A stretch of DNA of 64,000 bases from Candidatus Gottesmanbacteria bacterium (lineage in GTDB: Bacteria > Patescibacteriota > Microgenomatia > UBA10105 > UBA927). The notes below the pieces were generated by a model that worked only from the letters and a program-made list of their open reading frames with translations, did no database searches and was not told the origin of the DNA. Positions within the stretch are counted from its first letter, which is position 1. The number at the start of each line of letters is the position of its first letter. Location of the stretch: positions 210,971 to 274,970 of the forward strand of contig CAVQFA010000003.1 of the NCBI GenBank assembly GCA_963711735.1, given 5' to 3'. Positions 57,462 to 64,000 of this stretch are shown one piece after another. Both the position numbers and the translations under genes were made by a program.

Positions 57462-60012
57462 ATGGATACGAATAATTCCACATCATCCGGTCGGGGTATA
57501 ACGTCACAACAAGCAGGAATTCTTCTGAAACAGAATGGTCCGAACGAACTGCCGTCGCAAAAAGATCGTGGTCTTCTGCACACAATACGGAGCGTCATCA
57601 AGGAACCGATGTTTATGATTCTTGTGGCTGCCGGCGTAATATATCTTATTTTGGGGGAAATACAGGATGCTCTTCTTCTTTCATCTTTTATTGTTTTTGT
57701 CCTTGGCGTCACTATCTATCAGGAAAGGAAAACCGAACGTGCTGTTGCAGCTCTCAGAAAATTGTCCAGTCCGAGAGCAACTGTCATACGGGATGGGAAA
57801 GAAGTACGGATTCCTTCCCGTGAAATTGTTCCGGGAGATACGGTAATCGTAAAAACCGGGGACAGAATTCCTGCAGACGGGTATTGTACGAATGCGGATA
57901 ATTTTCTCGTTGACGAATCAGTGCTCACCGGAGAATCATTACCGGTCGGAAAACGGGTATGGGAAGATCAGGATTCGGACAAACATCTGCGGCCGGGAGG
58001 AGAGAATCAGCCGCTTCTCTGGGCAGGAACATTGGTAAATCAGGGACGCGCGGAATTGACGGTTACGGCAACAGGTACACGGAGTGTAATGGGTAAAATC
58101 GGTGTTTCACTCGGAACAATAGAGGATGAAGAAACACTTCTCCGTAAGGAAATCCAAAGACTCGTGAAAATATTCGTTGTCATCGGAGCTGTGCTTTGTC
58201 TGAGTATCGTTCTCTACTGGGCTTTTTTCCGTGAATCATTGCTTGCGGGAATTTTGGCCGGACTTACGCTTTCCATGTCCATGCTGCCGGAGGAGTTTCC
58301 GGTAGTGCTGACGATATTTTTTACGCTCGGTGCCTGGAGACTCGCGAAAAAAAACGTCCTTGTACGGAAAACGGCAATTATTGAAACCCTGGGGGCTGCC
58401 ACAACGCTTTGTGTTGATAAAACAGGAACGATTACAGCAAACACTTTAACGCTAGATTTCATATTTATGAAAGGACAGCGTATACCCCTTACCGCAAAGA
58501 TGATACCTTCGGATGCTAAGGACGTATTGCATACCGCTCGCTTAGCAAGTGCTTTAAATCCTTCGGGATCTCTTGAAAAGACCATCAAAAATGAGACGGA
58601 TAAACGATTTCCCCGATTGGGCAAAAGATCACGTCGGTTGGACGAAGGTGAAAGAATATCCGATGACGAAGGAATTTCGTGCTGTTGTTTCATTGTGGCA
58701 AAATCCCACAGGAGTAATTATTGGGACAGCAAAAGGAGCACCTGAAGTTATCGCACGATTATCCGGATCACAAGCGGACAAAGATGAATACACAATGAAT
58801 GTAGAGAAACTTGCGGATGAAGGGTATAGAATGCTAGCTGTTGCATCGTGTGAATTAGGCGTTAAGGTAGTACCTGAAAAACTGGAACAACTTCCGTTTA
58901 GGATCCTCGGAATACTTGCCTTTTCAGATCCAGTGCGGGAAGGGGTACATGATGCGTTACAGGAATGTTACAAAGCAGGTATACGCATAATTATGATGAC
59001 AGGTGATTATCCGGGAACTGCAAAAAGCGTCGGCAGGCGTATAGGTTTGGCACATTTTCAAAATAGTTGCGAAGGGGAGTTGCTGGAAAAACTTACGCCT
59101 TTTCAGCTTAAGGAGAAAGTGAAAGAGGTCAATATTTTTGCACGTATCCTTCCTGATCAGAAACTTCTCATCGTCAATGCTCTTAAATCCAATGGTGAGA
59201 TAGTGGCGATGACCGGTGACGGGGTCAACGACGCACCGGCACTCAAATCCGCACATATCGGTATTTCCATGGGTGCCCGCGGGACGGATGTGGCACGGGA
59301 AGCGTCGGATATGGTACTCGTCAATGACGACTTTACATCTATCGTAGGGGCAGTTAAAACCGGGAGAAAGATATATGACAATATCAAAAAAGCAATGGCG
59401 TATATATTTGCAGTGCATATTCCGATTGCCGGTATGGCTGTTGTCCCTGTTATTCTCGGAATGCCGGTGGTTTTATTACCTGCTCATATAGCATTTCTTG
59501 AACTTATCATTGACCCAACATGTTCGACGGTGTTTGAGGCAGAGCACGCGGAAGACGATGTTATGCATAGGCAACCGAGAATTCTGGGGACTTCTGTTTT
59601 ATCCAAACCGATTGCAATGATAAGTTTTCTTCAGGGACTGAGTGTTTTTATTATTTCCTTTGCTGTCCTTCTCGTAGCTTTATCACTTCATAGGACACCG
59701 GATGAAGCACGTACACTTACATTTATCACGATGGTGACGGGAAATCTCGGATTGATTGTATCCAATTTATCATGGAAAAAAACATGGATATCAATTCTCA
59801 TTCACGCAACGCCGGCACTGCGTATTGTTCTTATTATCGTCATTACATCTTTTGCTGCGATTCTGGTAGTACCATGGATTCGGGATATTTTTCACTTCTC
59901 GCTTCCGTCTGGTATATCTCTCCTTATGGCAATCGGAGCGGGATCATGCAGCTTAATATGGTTTGAGGTGTTAAAAACCATACAGCATAAAACGAAGATC
60001 CTTCCGATATAA
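57462..60012 (+). CDS. Cation-transporting P-type ATPase (Ca-type); frameshift near 58612
   Basis: TGES, PEE, DKTGT in the first ORF; KGAPE, TGD, GDGVND in the second. Confidence 0.9.
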
Positions 60013-60111
60013 ATTTCCTGCACAATAGTGTGCGAAACGGAAAAATTTCCGGTTGTACGGGTATGGAATAAATGAATTTTCCCCGATATATAATTTCAGC
60101 AGTTTGAAAGA

Positions 60112-62670
60112 TTAAATTTTATGAGCACGATGAGAATAAAACAGTGTTTTCACCACTTCTACGTTTATTAAATATACTACAACGATACCGGCGAGGATTA
60201 CCATCGTTGCAACCGGCAGCGGCGTAAATCCGAATATTTTCCCCAATTGTGTGCGGGGTATGATCCAGCCTATACATACGACACATACAGTGGATAACCA
60301 GAGCCAGATACTGGCATTACTTTTTAGAATAGGTGTAAATCTCGTCCTGATAATATGGATGACAAATGTTTGTGTAGCTAAGGATTCCATAAACCAACCG
60401 GTTTGAAATGCCGACGGTTGATTCTGATAAAGGAAATAGAGAACGGCATACGATGCAAAATCGTATATTGAGCTTATGGGTCCGAATGACAACATGAAAG
60501 TGCGTATGAATTTAATATCCCATTTCTTCGGTGACTTGGTATATTCGCGGTCTACGTTATCGGTAGGAATCGCAATCTGCGACAGATCATAGAGAAAATT
60601 ATTCAGAAGTATCTGGAGAGGAAGCATGGGTAAAAACGGGATAAAAATGACCGCACCAAGGACGCTGAACATATTACCGAAATTAGACGATAAACCCATC
60701 ATTATATACTTCATCGTATTTCCGAACGTTTTTCTTCCTTCTATAACTCCCCCTGCCAGTTCATCCAGACTTTTATGTGTAAGAATAAGATCAGCTGATT
60801 CTTTGGCGACATCTACGGCATTGGTCACGGATATACCGACATCCGCCGCAACTAAAGGCGAAGCATCATTGATACCGTCACCCAAGTATCCGACCGTATG
60901 TCCGCCGGTTTTCAGAGCCCGTATGATGCGGGTTTTTTGCTGTGGTGAACACCGGGCAAAAATAGTGGTATCCGTAACTTTTCTGGACAGGGCTTCATCC
61001 GTCAGACTGTCAATCTCATGTCCCAAAAGCATGCCTTTCACCGTAATACCGACATCTCTACAGATTTTCCGCGTCACGAGTTCGTTATCACCGGTTATCA
61101 CTTTCAGTTCTATGCCAAGTTCTTCAAGTTGATCAAGCGCCTGACGGGTTCCTTCTTTCGGGGGGTCCAAAAAGGCAACAAATCCCATTAATTCCATATC
61201 GTTCTCGTCGTTTTTCGTATACGTATGTCTCGCAGAATGGACATTTTTGACGGCTACGGCAAGCACACGGAATCCTTCCTGACTGAGTTGTTTATATACA
61301 TCCAGAGCTTTCAGGCGTATATCATTCCCTAAAATCCGGGCAGAACTTTTGTCATCCATATACGTAGAACAGGAATTCATGATTTCTTCCGGTGCGCCTT
61401 TGGTTATCATGGTTTGCGTGTCCTTAGGATCGGCAACAACAACGGACATTTTTTTCCTCACAAAGTCATACGGCACTTCATCAATTTTCGAGTAAGACGT
61501 AATATCGATTTTTTTATATGTACGGACAGCATCATCCAGCGGATTGGATATCCCGCTTTCAAAAGAGCTATTCAGATATGCAAAAAGGAGAACATCAGGA
61601 GAATTTTTCTTAGCAATGTCAATGTACCGGACGAGTTTGATTTTTGCTTCAGTTAACGTACCGGTTTTATCAGTAGCGAGTGTATCCATGCTGCCCAGAG
61701 AGGGGATTGCGGTCAATTTCTTTACAATAACCCCTTTCTTTGCCATATTTACCGAACCGCGGCTCATGGTAACCGTCATAATCATGGGGAGAAATTCCGG
61801 TGCAAGACCTACAGCTACGGCAATGGCAAACATAAAAGATTCTACGATATCATGACGTACCAATGTCGCTGTAAAGAAAATTATCAAAACTAAACCCATG
61901 ATGATGCGGAGGATGAAATAGCTGAATCCGGTGACACCTTTTGTAAAATCGTTATCTTCTGATTTTTCCTGCAGACTTTGTGCCAGCTTGCCAAACTGTG
62001 TAGAACTGCCGGTGACGATTACTACTGCCCGGGCTTGCCCTGTGACGATACTGGTTCCTGCAAACAGGATGTTTGATAACGTGGTTATATCTGCGGTTTT
62101 AGAATCTATGACAGACGAGTTTTTTTCTGCAGGAAACGATTCGCCTGACAGCGTGGATTCATTGACAAAGCAATCCTTTGCTTCCAGAATACGAGCATCT
62201 GCGGGTACTAAATCACCCGAGTTAAGTTCAACTATATCACCGGGAACCACATCTTCCCGGAGAATATCCATGGATATACCGTTTCTGATGACCGTTGTGA
62301 GGGTTGCAGTGCTGTTTTTTAACTTTTCTGCCGCCCGGTTTGCTTTGTATTCCTGAAAAAAGTTGAGAACCGCACTTAATAGAACCATCAGGATGATAAT
62401 AACGGCGTTTGCCGATTCTCTCAGGAAAAATGAGATGACGGAAACGATTATCAGAAGAAGTACGATCGGATTTTTAAACGAATGAAGGAATTGAATGACT
62501 ATGTGGAGTTCAACCTGGTCTGCAATTTTATTTTTTCCGTACTGTACTATTCGTTTTTTTGCCTCTTTTTGCGATAAACCTGAATTCGCGGATTGAAGTT
62601 TACGCATAGCATGCTCTGATACCATCCCGGCATACGTGATAATTGTTTCCTGTGTAGTTTGCGGAGTCAT
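60112..62670 (-). CDS. mgtA: Mg2+-importing P-type ATPase
   Basis: PEFLPMI, DKTGTLT, GDGIND, SSNFGNMFS, FQTGWF.ES. Confidence 0.93.
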   Translation of the reverse strand: MTPQTTQETIITYAGMVSEHAMRKLQSANSGLSQKEAKKRIVQYGKNKIADQVELHIVIQFLHSFKNPIVLLLIIVSVISFFLRESANAVIIILMVLLSAVLNFFQEYKANRAAEKLKNSTATLTTVIRNGISMDILREDVVPGDIVELNSGDLVPADARILEAKDCFVNESTLSGESFPAEKNSSVIDSKTADITTLSNILFAGTSIVTGQARAVVIVTGSSTQFGKLAQSLQEKSEDNDFTKGVTGFSYFILRIIMGLVLIIFFTATLVRHDIVESFMFAIAVAVGLAPEFLPMIMTVTMSRGSVNMAKKGVIVKKLTAIPSLGSMDTLATDKTGTLTEAKIKLVRYIDIAKKNSPDVLLFAYLNSSFESGISNPLDDAVRTYKKIDITSYSKIDEVPYDFVRKKMSVVVADPKDTQTMITKGAPEEIMNSCSTYMDDKSSARILGNDIRLKALDVYKQLSQEGFRVLAVAVKNVHSARHTYTKNDENDMELMGFVAFLDPPKEGTRQALDQLEELGIELKVITGDNELVTRKICRDVGITVKGMLLGHEIDSLTDEALSRKVTDTTIFARCSPQQKTRIIRALKTGGHTVGYLGDGINDASPLVAADVGISVTNAVDVAKESADLILTHKSLDELAGGVIEGRKTFGNTMKYIMMGLSSNFGNMFSVLGAVIFIPFLPMLPLQILLNNFLYDLSQIAIPTDNVDREYTKSPKKWDIKFIRTFMLSFGPISSIYDFASYAVLYFLYQNQPSAFQTGWFMESLATQTFVIHIIRTRFTPILKSNASIWLWLSTVCVVCIGWIIPRTQLGKIFGFTPLPVATMVILAGIVVVYLINVEVVKTLFYSHRAHKI

Positions 62671-62828
62671 ACTTTTTCCGGAATTTTTATAACATTACAC
62701 TGTCTATATCTTCCCTTGATACTGCCTTATCCATAATATCCATCTGTTCAGTTGTCGGGGAATATATCGCGGGATCCCTATCTAAACTATATACCAATTC
62801 CATAGTATGACGCGAGGTCTCGGGAGAT

Positions 62829-64000
62829 TCATTTATTTATGACTTTCATTCCGGATTGTGCTGATATATTATTCGGATCAATTGCGAGACTTTGCGCAAA
62901 CATGCTCCTTGCCATGTCAATTTTTCCGATTGCAATATAGATAATGCCTATATTTGCAAGAACATCCGGGTTATTGGGCTGTATTTTTTTTACCTCATCT
63001 AATTCCCTGAGTGAAGCCTCATAGTTTTTGTCTTCATAATCCATTCCTGCAAGAGCCATGCGCGATTGCCAAAGACGCGGATTATATGAAAGCGCTTTCT
63101 GATACATACGTTTTGCTTCATTTCTGTTTCCTTCTGCTATGTAAATATTTCCTAAATTGTGATACGCATCGGGATAATTAGGTTTTAAGGCAATTGCGAG
63201 TTTAAACTCCTCAATTGCTTTTTTATTATCACCGTGGCGTCCGTAGTAATCGCCGAGGTTGTTATGCGTTTTCGGATCCGATGGTGCTGTTTTGCCAAGC
63301 GCAAGCCACATGGTATCCGATGTACGCCAGTCGTTATTCCTGATAACCGTACGCGTAAGGAGTCCCCCTATGACGCATACAAACAGAAAAACAGTCAGAT
63401 ATTTATTTCGAAATTTGGAAGGGAAAGAGAAAAAAAGTAAAACACTCACAACGGACAGACCTGCAATACCCAGGTATACGTACCGTTCTGCTACAACCCA
63501 CGCAAGCGGTAAAGGAGTGAGTGACGGAAGAAGAGGTGTAAAAAAAAGCATCAGATAGAAAAATAGCGTACGCTTTTTCCGATATGCTATGAAACATGCA
63601 ACACAGAATAAAAGAAATACGACCAACTGAACGGTGTATATAGTCCAACCCTGAAACAATTCGGATTGGTAAAAAGATAAGTTTACAGGAAATACAAAAA
63701 GCGTAAGATATGTTATTATGGCAACGGGTATTTGGAGCGCGGAGTTATACAAGCCCCCGCCTGTATAATAGTCAGTTTCGAGAGCGTGTAACCGCGAGAA
63801 TACGTATTGGAATCCGAAAAAACAAATCCATGCTATGCTGATGCCCGCATACGGAATGATCCGTCGCCAATGTTGACGCAAATTTCCCATACAGAATTCA
63901 TAAAGGGGGAACAGAAGAAACAGTGGAAGTGATTTTTCTGACGATATAATCATATAAGTATAAGAAATTACGGAGTATACATATGCAGTACGGTTATTGA
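62829..64000 (-). CDS. Membrane protein with C-terminal TPR repeats (TMTC-like); 5' end outside window
   Basis: AERYVY, RNNDW, HNNLG and TPR repeats. Confidence 0.8.
   Translation of the reverse strand, partial: NNRTAYVYSVISYTYMIISSEKSLPLFLLFPLYEFCMGNLRQHWRRIIPYAGISIAWICFFGFQYVFSRLHALETDYYTGGGLYNSALQIPVAIITYLTLFVFPVNLSFYQSELFQGWTIYTVQLVVFLLFCVACFIAYRKKRTLFFYLMLFFTPLLPSLTPLPLAWVVAERYVYLGIAGLSVVSVLLFFSFPSKFRNKYLTVFLFVCVIGGLLTRTVIRNNDWRTSDTMWLALGKTAPSDPKTHNNLGDYYGRHGDNKKAIEEFKLAIALKPNYPDAYHNLGNIYIAEGNRNEAKRMYQKALSYNPRLWQSRMALAGMDYEDKNYEASLRELDEVKKIQPNNPDVLANIGIIYIAIGKIDMARSMFAQSLAIDPNNISAQSGMKVINK

Noticed and set aside
1-64000. Alternative genetic code or programmed frameshifting as the cause of split genes
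   Set aside because: TGA terminates intact genes normally; the splits are frame changes lacking a shared slippery motif.

Overview
Bacterial DNA, standard genetic code. Gene content and promoter style suggest a Patescibacteria/CPR (Microgenomates-like) genome (inference). The window opens with a tRNA-Asn(GTT) gene split by a 219-nt group I intron. Directly downstream, about 9 kb of compositionally mixed accessory genes are separated by a ~30-bp repeat that shares its GGAGC end with the tRNA 3' end. No recombinase lies in the window, so this looks like an integron-like cassette array growing at the tRNA (main finding). The remainder holds stress, redox, envelope and transport genes and two OmpR-family two-component systems. 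Two 11-bp-period direct-repeat boxes (TTCTCAT-N4-TTCTCAT and TTTTCAG-N4-TTTTCAG) sit at a fixed distance from -10 elements and define two predicted regulons, one including a candidate small RNA. Also present: an ApbE/FMN-binding/RnfD-like flavin module, a structured DEAD-box helicase leader, queA/queH, AmmeMemoRadiSam genes and two P-type ATPases. Seven single-base frameshifts in six genes are probably sequencing errors. Product calls come from recognised motifs, not database searches.
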